A stretch of DNA of 64,000 nt. Origin: Macrostomum hystrix (taxonomy: Eukaryota; Animalia; Platyhelminthes). This document shows, one piece after another, positions 37,932 to 49,579 of the stretch. The DNA lies in NCBI GenBank assembly GCA_950097015.1, contig CATNEN010000039.1, forward strand, positions 19,282,001 through 19,346,000, given 5' to 3'. Each line of letters begins with the position of its first letter. Position 1 is the first letter of the stretch. A program made the translations under genes and the position numbers. The notes beneath the pieces are model-generated. The model was given only the letters and a program-made list of their open reading frames with translations, was not told the origin of the DNA and did no database searches.

Positions 37932-38594
37932 AACAATTTACAATTAACAATTACTTTACACTTAAGAATCGCTTTACATTACCGGTGCTCAGTCTGGATC
38001 CTCGCAGCGACATCGAGTGCTCCGTGCACTGCAGTAGACTCGCGAACAGCAACAGCAGCAGCTGCAAGTCCTGGGCCTTCTCCGCCGTCACTGGACGCTA
38101 CTTTTTATCGGAGTTCCGAACGTACGACTTTGCGGACGTGACGACTGGAGCTGTGACTTTCCGCACCTCATTTTGGGCAGGTTAGTTTTGCTTCTGCAAT
38201 ACCGCGAGTTCAAAGTAAGGCAACATTATTAAAAAACTATGAAACGTTTTGAATTTCTTATCTGTCATTTTTGTCGCGTTTCGCTTAGCAACCAATTTTT
38301 TTATTTACAAAACTGTCACTCCATTGTGCAAATCCAAACGGGTAGCAGTCGAACCGACCATTGGACCGCACAAGAATACGCCTGGCCACTGCAATGTTAC
38401 TGCTGGAAGCCGCTCGTTCTGCGTCATCCAACAGCGGACTAGCGACAGTGTCAGTTTTGCTCGCACCTGGGCTGAATACGAGAACGGCTTTGGCGTGACT
38501 GGCAACTTCTGGGTTGGTAAGCTGGAGAAATTGAAATCTAATTTAAACAATTAACCGGCCTTAATGTGCGTAAAATTATAATTTGCTTCTTGCT

Positions 38595-39130
38595 TAACAC
38601 TAGAAAGACCACAAGGTATTTAAAATGTCCACTTTTTTTCTGTATCTCTCAAAATATTCAACCAATCGCCATGAAAATGCTGATCACGGGCTAAAATTTT
38701 CTGCTCAACTTCAAATGGCACAACTTCCAGAATCGCAAAACATCATCGAGAAATTCAACAGTTCTTGTCGGAGTCTCTGGTGGCAAGGCAGATTTTTTCT
38801 GCTCTCAAAATTTCGTAATGTGACCATTGCGGCTACCATTGTGATCAATTTTGAATTTATAAAATAGTTTTTTATTCGATTTTGAGCCGAAACGGATTCG
38901 TCAAACTGGTTTTTTTACAGAGCAATGTTACTTGTCCTTGTCACCAGGGTCTTCGACAAGAATCGCTGAACATCTCGACGATGCTGGCTCAGAGAGCTTT
39001 GAAAGTTAGTTCTTCGTAAAGGGCGGAAAATTTTGTTCCAAAAGGAGGATTTTCACGAAAATCGGTCATTCGGTTTGTGAGCTATTCTGAAGTAGGCAGT
39101 GGGTATTTGATATACCCCATGTGGTCCTTC
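38595..39130. mobile_element. MITE family A, near full-length copy in FReD intron
   Basis: Imperfect TIRs tagaaagaccacaaggtattt / tataccccatgtggtccttc; ~530 bp; non-coding. Confidence 0.72.
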
Positions 39131-39259
39131 GGCAGGAAGAAAATACGAGTAGCTGGTCTTTCTACTGACAAGCAACAAAGCCAATCTCTTGATGGCTTGA
39201 GATTCGAACTTCAGTTCCCCAGTGTGGAGGCTCTGCTGTCTAACCTCAGGCCCTGAGGG

Positions 39260-39445
39260 TCCGTGGGGCGCAGCCGCGCAGAGGCGGCTTGGGGCTTGTT
39301 GTGCAACCTACGACCTAGAGCAGTGAATGTACACTTATCTGACAATTAGGAAGTCAGTGCTGATGTTCACTCTGATGACGTACCCTGTGTGAGTGTGTGC
39401 TCAGGCGTCAGCGGAATCGACAAAATGGCATCACTGACTGTGGGG
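39260..39445 (+). mobile_element. Diverged SINE family 2 fragment
   Basis: ggggcgcagccgcg...ggcttggggcttg...gtgtgtgctcaggcgtcagc matches the family 2 body; a similar fragment lies at ~42274-42400. Confidence 0.6.
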
Positions 39446-40118
39446 GTTTTATTAGCGCCAAGGATAAAACCTCCCCAACGGCGATAATTAAAAGTTGTAT
39501 TACTGAGCTGAGCATCGAATCTTTCATTCACCCAGGACTGAAGACAATTCGCTCCATGACCGCATCGACTCCGCGCTTGTTCCGCATGGAAGCAGTGAAC
39601 CTGCAGAATGGGCTGTTGTACGTGGCCGAGTACTCAAGCTTCTCCGTTGCCGACGCGAGCGACTGGTATCGGCTGAGTATCAGCGGCTATCTTCCTGGCA
39701 GCTCCGACACCACGGGGGACGGGTTCTACTACAACAGCGATGCGCAGTTCTCCACAAAGGACGCTGGTTCCGGCTCCGGTTGCTCCAATACAGACGGAAA
39801 CGCCGGTTGATGGTTCACCAGCTGCACTTTTGTGAATCCAAATGGTTATTTTGATCTCTCGCAAGTCAACAACAATAACGACAATGAACCTTTCATGCAG
39901 TGGAATTACGCTGCGCCTGATACTGTAAGGAGAATGCTGAGAAGCATCAGGCTAATGCTTCAAATGTGATCACAAGCTAGGGCTGACACACTATTTTACT
40001 TAAAGTTGAAGTTGCAAAGATTGCACACACTTCCAGGTTTAGTCAACATGCCTAATTAGTCATTAGAACTTATAAATAATATATTTTAGCTAGCTCAAAA
40101 AATTACATTTAATAAAAT

Positions 40119-42105
40119 TTATGAAGAGGAATCGCCGGACGGTAAGCAGCCTGTCAGATAAGGAGCGCGAGTGCACGGCGATGATGGTGCGGTGCCGAGG
40201 CGACGGAGGATTTGACCCAGTTCACCGAGCTCGCCAGTCCTGGCGCGGATGCGGGCATGAGATTGTCGATCAGCTCGAGCGCGTGCGAGCCGAATGCGCC
40301 CAGCGTCTCGACGCCAAACGGCTCGAAGTCTTGCCGGTTGCAGAGGTCGGCGAACTTGCAGCTGAACCGAGCTGAACTCAGCAGCTGCTGTGGTGGCACG
40401 AGGGGCGACAGCAGAAGCGTGCAGGTGGCTTGGGCGCAGGTGTGAGTGACTGTTGCGTCCCAGGGCAACGGCAGACATCACTCGAACGCTTCCATAGTGA
40501 CGCCGTCGAACCGGCGGGAGTCGCTCCCGGACGGGCTAGCGGGCTAGCGGGCTCCGGTACCGCCGTAAAGCCAGCTTCACCCGGCAGGTCCCAGGCGTGG
40601 CGATGGGTAGCCCGAGACGCTGGCTGACAGCGGCGGAGTCCGGCAGCGGAGTCAGGCGTCGAAGTGGCGTTAAGGCGGGCAACTTCTCTGGGCTCGGCGA
40701 GGTTGGCGATCCAGCCAGCCTCGCCTGTGTCAGGTCTCCCGGCGGGCCGAAAAGATCGGTTACTGCCATTGCCGAGTGACACCAGGGGGCGACGCGGCAG
40801 ATCGAATCGGCAAGGACAGGAGTGGCCGCATCGGAAGCCATGAAGGCTAGCAGCGCGAGGTCGGTGTGTGCGCACAGGCCGATGCCGCCCAGTAGCGGTG
40901 GCAGCGACGACTGAAGCCATGCCAGCTGGTCGAGGCGGTCGTTTAGGACTCGCTCAGCAGTGTCGCGCAAGACATCGTCGTAGTCGGCGAGTGCTGACGA
41001 AAAAAGGACGAAAAGACGAAAAGACGCACCGGCGCGGAGTTCGTAGATCGCACGTGGATGGCCCAGCGAGATCCGCAGCAAAGCGAGCGCGTCGTGGCGG
41101 TCGATGGAACCGAGCCGCTCGGCGGTTGCACGCAGACTGTGGGCGTGCTTGGCCAATGAACCGTTGCCGACTACTCGCCGACAGCAGATGCTCCGAGTAG
41201 CTTGCATTTGTAAGGAGTGGTGGCGGAGCAGCCGAGCAGTATTTCGCGAATGCCTGTGACGAACGAGGGGCCAGCAGACAGGGCTTCGCATTTAGCTTAA
41301 TTGAGCTGGAGGCCGACGGTGGCGGAAGCCTCCGCTATGCGCCTGACCCCGGCTTTAACTTGGTCCGCAGGACTTCCAATCGTTAAATCGTTCAGGTACC
41401 AGATGGCAAGGCCGGTATTGCTCTGTGTCAGGTCTCCCGGCGGGCCGAAAAGATCGGTTACTGCCATGGCCGAGTGACACCAGGGGGCGACGCGGCAGAT
41501 CGAATCGGCAAGGACAGGAGTGGCCGCATCGAAAGCCATGAAGGCTAGCAGCGCGAGGTCGGTGTGTGCGCACAGGCCGATGCCGCCCAGTAGCGGTGGC
41601 AGCGACGACTGAAGCCATGCCAGCTGGTCGAGGCGGTCGTTTAGGACTCGCTCAGCAGTGTCGCGCAAGACATCGTCGTAGTCGGCGAGTGCTGACGAAA
41701 AAAGGACGAAAAGACGAAAAGACGCACCGGCGCGGAGTTCGTAGATCGCACGTGGATGGCCCAGCGAGATCCGCAGCAAAGCGAGCGCGTCGTGGCGGTC
41801 GATGGAACCGAGCCGCTCGGCGGTTGCACGCAGACTGTGGGCGTGCTTGGCCAATGAACCGTTGCCGACTACTCGCCGACAGCAGATGCTCCGAGTAGCT
41901 TGCATTTGTAAGGAGTGGTGGCGGAGCAGCCGAGCAGTATTTCGCGAATGCCTGTGACGAACGAGGGGCCAGCAGACAGGGCTTCGCATTTAGCTTAATT
42001 GAGCTGGAGGCCGACGGTGGCGGAAGCCTCCGCTATGCGCCTGACCCCGGCTTTAACTTGGTCCGCAGGACTTCCAATCGCTACATCGTTCAGGTACCAG
42101 ATCGT
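40119..42105 (-). mobile_element. Decayed RLE-type (CRE-clade-like) non-LTR retrotransposon, 5'-truncated, with internal tandem duplication
   Basis: RT motif IWYLNDxxIG (YLDD-like) and GLQLN; post-RT AWLQSSLPPLLGGIGL; restriction-like endonuclease RPxGVT...PWDATVTHT...KFADL...FEPFGVETLGAFG; stops and frameshifts; duplication with a 698-bp period. Confidence 0.82.
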
Positions 42106-42759
42106 GGCCTCGCCGCGAAATCGAGCTCTGGCACCTTAGCGCGAGAGGCAGACGCATTAGACCGCTCTCCCTCTCACTCCCTAGTTAAGGAAATTATCAA
42201 ATGGCCTCTTCTTGGATGTGATAAAAAGATAAAACAGCAAAAAAAACACAAAACATAGGGACACGTCATAATTTTGGCGCAGCCGCGTAAAGAAAGCTTT
42301 GGGGCCTTTGTCATGCCTATGAAGGCCATGACACCAAAATGACAGTCAAAGAGTATGTCTTACCGATAAGATGGCAGATGTAAACACCTGTGTGAGTGCG
42401 CTCTCACGGATCTCATTCAGCTGGTCAACAATAGCTAAAAAACAATGCGATACAGCCCCCTTGCGATTACAATTTTGCCTGAATAGGGTAGCGTGCTCTC
42501 TGTCATATCTTTGGCATGTTTCTCGTGGTTGCAACCTACTATAGAAGAGCTTTAAACTAGCCTCCTGATTTTTAGCCAACAAGCTCCGACACCTGCGCAG
42601 TAGTCGTAATTAATGTAATTTCTATTAATTTCAGCTCGAATGCATCACTTTCTTAACATCGCATCCTGATTAGGAGTGACAGATAACGTACTACTTATCC
42701 GTGATTTAGCATGTTGTTTGAAGCTGGATGCACTGAAAGTTAATTTATTAAACTATTGA

Positions 42760-43065
42760 AAGTAGAAAGACCATGAGGTACCCACTGCCTACTTCACGAC
42801 AGCTTCCAAACCAAACAATAATATATAAAAACTAACAAAATTAAAACCAATAAAATATGCTACAGCTGGTTAAACGTTGAGATTTAGAGAGCAGAAAAAC
42901 TATGCCCATATTTGTGGTTTTTGTCACGATACACCCGATGAGAATCGTTGAATATCTCGGCGATGCCGATGTTTTGTGATTCTGGATGTTGTTTCGTAGG
43001 ACTTTAGCCCGTGTTCTGGATTTTCATGCCGATTGATTAAATATTTTAGATGATACAGAAGAAAT
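42760..43065. mobile_element. MITE family A partial copy
   Basis: agtagaaagaccatgaggtacccactgcctacttc ... gagaatcgttgaatatctcggcgatgccgatg. Confidence 0.6.
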
Positions 43066-43579
43066 ATTGTAAATCATGATAAAGTAAAAAGTTTCTTAGA
43101 AATGCACTCAACAAACCCAGCGAACCTATCGCATGCTAGGAGCGTACAGCTATTTTCAGAAGTTCAGCTTTCTAATTATCAGTTACAAGGGCATTAAAAT
43201 AAATGAATTTTGTACTACTGCTTGAACCTATAGCATCGTATCCATAATTGGAAGTGTTCTACTCTTTTATAATACGCTAGAGTACTGCCCCTCACTTACC
43301 ACCCCTTGTCAGAACTTTTTAGACAAATTGTCATTTTTTTCAAGACCATGGCAGATATACTCAGAGTCTTGAGATTGCTCTGACTTCCCCGCTTCAACCT
43401 GATCAAATATGCAGTTTTTTCGGTTTTAACGCAATTATTTCACTCTGATTATGAATTTTCCTCTCCCTATAGTTAGGGTTCTGGATATGTGTTCTGGATA
43501 TTTAATAGTATTTGAGATCATTTTATTCAACAGTCCATGTGCATGCCAGAGGATACGAAATTAGAGCTTCAGACCGAAA

Positions 43580-43828
43580 TAACGTTCTAAGGTTCTAAAC
43601 TTCTGACTGAAGGCAGTTTGAATCTCAGCGCCAATCAAGACAATTTGAGTCCTTGAGGGAGGCACTTAATTTCTCAGTGCTGCATTTTTGCCAAATGGGT
43701 ACCAGCATCAGCTAGGGTAGAAGTTAAGGTTGTTGTGGAGGCCTACTTGTTCGACGGACTGAACACAGTACACAGCATTTTCAAAGCCATTGGCTGTAGA
43801 TCTGACCCAACTTGGCTAGGTGTAATTC
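43580..43828 (+). mobile_element. Diverged CORE-SINE family 1 copy
   Basis: acaatttgagtccttgagggaggcacttaa...aaatgggtaccagcatcagct...cggactgaaca...tctgacccaacttggctaggtgtaat. Confidence 0.65.
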
Positions 43829-44116
43829 ATGGATCACATATCTGTTAGTTTCGGCCTGAAATGTCGTGATTTTACTGTCAACTTGTGCCGCAGCAACATT
43901 TTTTTAGTTTTAGTGTTAAAATCAAAAGTGAACGCAAATAGTGTAGTTTTAATCAGCCTACTATGAGTAAGCTGTATTAGCTTTTAATATGTTTTATTAC
44001 TAAGTTATGATGCCCAATAGCATTAACTTCAGGAACGCGCCTCTCAGCTGTTTTGACTGGTATAGCTCCACAAACTGGTGGTGCCCAATCTATTGTACAC
44101 CCATCAATCTAGATTT

Positions 44117-44382
44117 AGCGCCCAAAATCTATGGCCACGCCCTCCAATCCGTGGTGGCGCCCCAAATCTATGGCCACGCCCTCCAATCCGTGATGGCGCC
44201 CCAAATCTATGGCCACGCCCTCCAATCCGTGATGGCGCCCCAAATCTATGGTCACGTTCTCCAATCCGTGATGGCGCCCCAAATCTATGGTCACGTTCTC
44301 CAATCCGTGATGGCGCCCCAAATCTATGGTCACGTTCTCCAATCCGTGATGGCGCCAAAATCTATGGTCACGCCCTTCAATC
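44117..44382. repeat. 39-bp minisatellite (gcgccccaaatctatgg(c/t)cacg..ctccaatccgtgatg)n
   Basis: About 7 units in two sub-variant blocks; abuts a MITE family A half-copy (44390-44645). Confidence 0.93.
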
Positions 44383-45228
44383 AATGGCAAGAGTTTCCTC
44401 AGGGCAAAGCGAGATCTACAGGACTCTCTGTCACCAGGTTATTCAACAAGAGTCGCTGAATACCTCGATGATCCTGACGTCAGACTGCTTTGAAAATTTA
44501 CTTTATCGTAAAGGCTGAAAATTTTGATCTAAATAGTGGGCTTTCACGATCGGTCATTTGGTCATTTGGTCATAATCGGTCATTTGGTTCGGTAGATATC
44601 CTGAAGTAGGCAGTGAATGTTTGAAATACCCTCGAGGTCTTTCCCCAGGGGAATAGCTACTGTTATTCTACTGTCATTCTACTGTTAACGCTTGGTACTT
44701 CAGTACATGCAGAATTCTATCTTGAAGCGTACTAATTGTTTTTTCTTGTGCATAGACTAGCAATAATGTTTATTTTAATTTGTGCTAATTGTATTAGGGG
44801 GAGTATTAAAACGTGGGATACCTGCGATCGAAGAGAAAACGTGGGATCGTGGTTTTGCTTGAGACTCTTGTCTTTACCAGCGATCGGGGCAGTTTCAAGT
44901 TCGCTTTGAACTGTCAGAGTCGCTAGACGGGTAGTTAATGGAATTCGTTCGCACTAAAAACCCCCGATTCTGAAAAAAAAATAATCGCGTCTCTATTCTC
45001 GTATTGACAAGAGATGTTTCGTTTCTTAACATACTGGTGTTGTTTCAACAATGAGCCAATCTATTATTGTTAGATCCCAATAGTCATGAAAAGCAATTGA
45101 CAATGCTTTTTTTATTTTTAGATTGTCAATTATCCTGTGCGTAATAAACTCAAGTTCAACAGGAAAAAACAATTCTTACAAAATAACTTTAAACCAGACA
45201 CTTTGACACACATTTTTCCTGTCTAGCC

Positions 45229-46504
45229 ATATCAGCAAAACTCGTCTTAATCCTTCTCTGGACTATGACTGTAGCCAATTGCGGTGAGTTCCAATTAAAC
45301 TACACTTTAATCAGCGAAATCCGCCAATCTATTTTTTCTCGATTCCTAAGTGACATATGTCGTCTGCACGCAGACCTAATTCCCGTCACTGTGCCAAAGA
45401 ACTTGTCCGCGAAAATGTCGAGCAAGTGGGTCCCAGAAGACAATCCAATGGTCATCAACAATGGTAACACGGATGGCACTTATGTCTCAGGAGTTAATTG
45501 CGTGAATACTCTTGGCGGTGATCCTGAGCCATGGCTGATGCTAGAGATGCTTACAGTGTACCTCATCAGCCGGGCAAGAGTCTGGAATCGGATAAACGCT
45601 TTTCCAGAACGGCTCAGGCAAATTTTCATAGGTAAGAAAATAACTGGTTGATTATTAGACGCCCAAGAGTTAAACTTTCGCGAATTGAATTCACTAACGT
45701 TTCTTGTGCCTGGCTGCCTATTGCGAAATTTGCACAGGTCTATGCAGAGTGCCAACGCCCACAACACAGTGACATATTACATAGCCTGAAGATGAGACAT
45801 GTGTCTACTTGATAATTAGGATAATATGGATAATATGGATCCAGTTAGGGTGTACGTGTGTGGGCTCAGGGATAAGCAGAATGGCCTCCTCGCTGGCTGT
45901 GGGTCGTCAAATATCGTGCGCTGGATATCAAAAACAAAACATTACCTCTAGGCATAACAACCAACTCTGCGCCTTGAAGCGGGTCGTTCAATATTTCAAT
46001 GTTCGACCCTGCGCTGTCTATCAGGGACCACCGGACCCCAACCAGAATCCCATCAACATCTCCTGCAGCCGGCTAGTTGGAGGTCGTTATTTAACAGTGC
46101 GCAAGAACATGACCGGTCTGGGATTATCTGATCTCTTATCTATTTGCGAAATCGACATATTCGCAGGTACAGAATCTGACTGTTGATGAATCCCTGTCCA
46201 CGATGTCAGCAATATTTGTTCAAATTCGTCCTTCTGCTTACTTGCAGTAGTAAAACAAGGACCTTACAAACTGGCTAGCGAGGTTCCAAGCTTCTCGGAT
46301 GTCGCTGCAGATCCACTGATGGCTGACATCTTGCAGTCGCGATCGCTGATCGAGTGCACCATCAGCTGTGGCGAGCATCCAAACTGCCTGTTCGCCCTGT
46401 TCACCAACGGCCGGTGCTCGCTGTTTGCAGCGGCTACTGTTTCATCCTGCTTCAGACTTGGCTACGTCACTGGACAGTCAGAGTTCTTCGCTCTCGTCAA
46501 CTGA
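45229..46504 (+). pseudogene. Fucolectin/FTP (F5/8 type C-like) domain + C-terminal PAN/apple protein, probably disrupted; first coding exon not located
   Basis: Signal-peptide-like exon 45229-45283 (ISAKLVLILLWTMTVANC). FTP motifs NGNTDG..CVNT...PWLMLEM...RVWNR....ERL (45374-45631) and ISC...GRYLTV...LSICEIDIF (to 46166). PAN-like RSLIECTISC..HPNC...GRCSL (46248-46504). Splicing 45631 to 45952 in phase meets a TGA after GITTNSAP and needs a frameshift to reach the conserved frame. Confidence 0.7.
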
Positions 46505-48129
46505 CAGAATCAGGCTATGTTTGTTATGCTAGAATCTTGCAAACTCACAATATTATTCTTGAAGTAAGGACTGTACTTCGCTTTGCCGATGTATGTGAAA
46601 TTAGCATTGGCTCAGATTTCAAGCCTTATATTGCACCGTGGACTGTTACCTAATTCACCTAGGTATTATACGGAAGAGAAGTGTTAATCTGAAGGCTCCG
46701 TGAGTTTTTTGCTATGTGGCCGCTCCAAGTTTATTTTAATTAAAAAACTATTTAGAAATAATGTGACAGGTTTGTCTGACGGCCCGCTCTGAAACTTTGT
46801 CGCGAACAAACACATGAGGCGTACCCATGCAGGTGCATCATCATTAGAAATAAAATGAACTCTCGCTAAAACATACGAAACATGAGACTTTCACGGCAAA
46901 GAGACTCATTGCACAGCAATAAGACAGCAATCTAACTGCCGCTCCTGCTTTTAGAAAACTTTTTGCTTTGTTTTTAGACTGAACTTTCTGACCAGTACAG
47001 CTTGTTCTTCTATATACAAAGCTAAACAACAGGCGGGTTATTCTGTCAACAACAGAATAAGAAGAGTGTTTTAGCAAAGAACAATTTGATTATTAAATCC
47101 TCTTACAACTCATATATATTAAACAAAAAAGAAGAAAGCCCAGAGATCGAGCAATGGGCCAAAACTGCTTCAAAAATGTTTCTGGCCGGAGTACAAGCCC
47201 GGACACGCCCCAAAGGAAGCAGTGCCAGGCGAGGTAGCCAGTAAAATTGTGGCAGTGACAGTAAAATTCTCGATGCGTAATACTTTGTTGTGACCTGGTC
47301 AATCTATTAGTTGCAATCCAGTGTGATCTCCGAATACAATTGTACTAATCGACAGCGATGGCTGAGTCACTGCTGAATTTTGAAAAGCTCCTTAAACTGA
47401 ACAGTAAGGTAAATTCATGCAGTCATGAACATTCATATTTCTTCATCACAGAATTGCGATAGTGTAGAAACCAGAAACTATATGAGTTGAATGACAGCTT
47501 GGCAGAACTCTACCTGGGCTTTAAGGCAAATTTTAGTTCAGTCCGGTTCTAACCTTCCCTCCTCTTAACGTTTTAGCTTAATGAGAAATGAGAGAGAGAA
47601 GGCTATTGTACCCGAAGAAGCAGCAAGAAGTAGCACGTAGGAGCTTTGATGCTGAGACAATATAGCGAGGCATTGTTTGTGGACGACCGAAGTATGTTTT
47701 TAGTCCCTCTAAACCCTAAATGGTGCCCGTCCTATACACTAGCTGTTTGATTGTACAGTTAACGTTGTCATAACAACCTAGGCATTGGGTTGGATTGAAT
47801 ATGAGAAAAATCCTGGAGCTAGAAAGAAAGCATCGATTTTTTCTGGCTTCATCCGGCACAGCTCCTCGGCGCAATCTAACTGCCGCCTATAAATACGCTG
47901 AAGCTCTTTGCCCAACATTTTCTCCTCCCCTGCAGCAAAGAAGTCGGCAATAGCGCACCAAATCCTGTTTAAACATGTCTGAGGCCGTGCTCGTCTGCTA
48001 CAGATCAACTGTCAATGTCATCATTGCCATCGTCATCGCTGCCGTATTCTTCTGCAGCGTTGGCTTGGCGGGTACGTGTTTCTCAGCTTATTAGAAACTG
48101 TACACGATAGCCGACTTTTTTAAGTTGCG

Positions 48130-48436
48130 GAGGTCGTAGCCTAGTGGTTAGGGCGTTGGACTCACGACTTGAAGGTCGGGGGTTCGATTATCGACTCCAC
48201 AGGAACAATTTGTGTCCTTTAGGAAGACACTTAACTCTGCATTGCTTCAGTTCACCCAGCTGTTAAATGGGTACCAGCATCAGCTGGTATAATCGAGGGT
48301 GGGTGTGGCGTCCCCCAGTCCGTGGACTGAACAGCTGTACGCAGCCTTCAGATGCGCCGCGCATTAGCTGCGGCTGTGCTGTTGGCTGCACATCTGACCC
48401 AATTGGGGCAGGTGTAATCAACTTTTATTATTATTA
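48130..48436 (+). mobile_element. CORE-SINE family 1 copy
   Basis: Full length with (tta)n tail; possible imperfect TSD taagttgcg / taaattgcg. Confidence 0.88.
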
Positions 48437-49579
48437 AATTGCGAATGAATGAATAACTAAATTTCTAGCATCCGAATTATGTTTAATTGAGTGTCTTGCT
48501 GACGGACAAACTTAGTTGCCCTTTAATATCGAGGTCGAAATGCGCACTCAAATTTGCTCAAGAACTCGTTATGCAGCTGTGGATTAAAAAGACTGCAATC
48601 CTTCAACATGGTCCCTTGTCTAGATAACTATTTTCAGAAACTGGCTATTTTACGGGCTAAATACGATGCATATTAATATTTATCCTACTATACTAAATGT
48701 CTAAGATCTGTCTGTCCATCTGAAACGCTCTAGCGAATGAATGGCTAGACCAATTTTTTTCCTGTTTTCACCAAAAAGTGCCAACTCATCCAAGGATTAG
48801 ACTGATCAAATTTCATCATTCTGTCTCAATGCCAAGGGTATTAAATATTCGAAAAACGAGTTTTTCTATTGCTTTCAATAGGAGGCCAAACAAGGTTAAA
48901 TTAGAATAGGGCTGGACACTGTCAGTTTTATTAGATTGCATCGGTGCTTTTTCTCGCCCGCGCGTGCATTGGTATAGCACTGAACAGGGCCCGATACTTC
49001 TCAATTGAATAGAATTGCGTCACTGCTTTTCGACCCGTACGTGCGTTAAAAAATTTTTCTCTTGGCTGATTGGGTGATTTCATTTGAATAAGTAAAACGT
49101 ACATAGCAGATTTCAATGAGGGAAAGGGAGTTTGTTGGCTCACTTGGCAATGTGCAAAGGCATGTGTACCCCTGGCATCAGTCTACAGTCTGATTTGTAA
49201 GTGAATTGCGTTATTGCTGTCCAACAGGCCCACTGCCTCAGCACTCTCCTGTTCTCCTGTGTGTACATTTCTACTTTCTATCCCTGCCGGGTGTCAATGG
49301 GTGATTGTGTCATCCGACTGCGTCAGTCAGTTAATATATAACTGACTACTGTATCTTCAGCGAAATGTTTTCACTCCACTCCTCAAAGCTCTTAATCACT
49401 CAATCCTGCAATAATTTCTAAGATAAGTTACTGTTATTGTTATTATTTTTATTTATACTGTTCATTATTGTTAATAATATTTGTACGCACTCGTGCTCTT
49501 ATCTACTCGTATCTTAAAGTACAATCCATCCATATTCAGTCAGTCAGTCAGTCAGTCAGTCAGTCAGTCAGTTGTTACA

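Larger units (their letters stand above)
37660..39969 (+). pseudogene. PAN/apple + fibrinogen-related domain (FReD) lectin, probably disabled
   Basis: PAN-like RSDIECSVHC...CKSWAF (exon ending 38180). FReD motifs VIQQRTSDSVSFARTWAEYENGFG..GNFWVG|LKTI, AEYSSFSVADASDWYRLSISGY, FSTKD, G*WFTSC..NPNG. In-frame TGA at 39808-39810 in the conserved GWW; expected acceptor near 38310 reads tttacaa; MITE fragment at 37745-37930. Confidence 0.8.

Noticed and set aside
39808-39810. Selenocysteine or alternative genetic code (TGA=Trp)
   Set aside because: The position is a conserved Trp rather than Cys, TGA terminates other genes here (23380, 57252), and no SECIS was recognised.
47778-48008. Short ORF next to the SINE and Helitron
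   Set aside because: No recognisable domain or clear splice partners.
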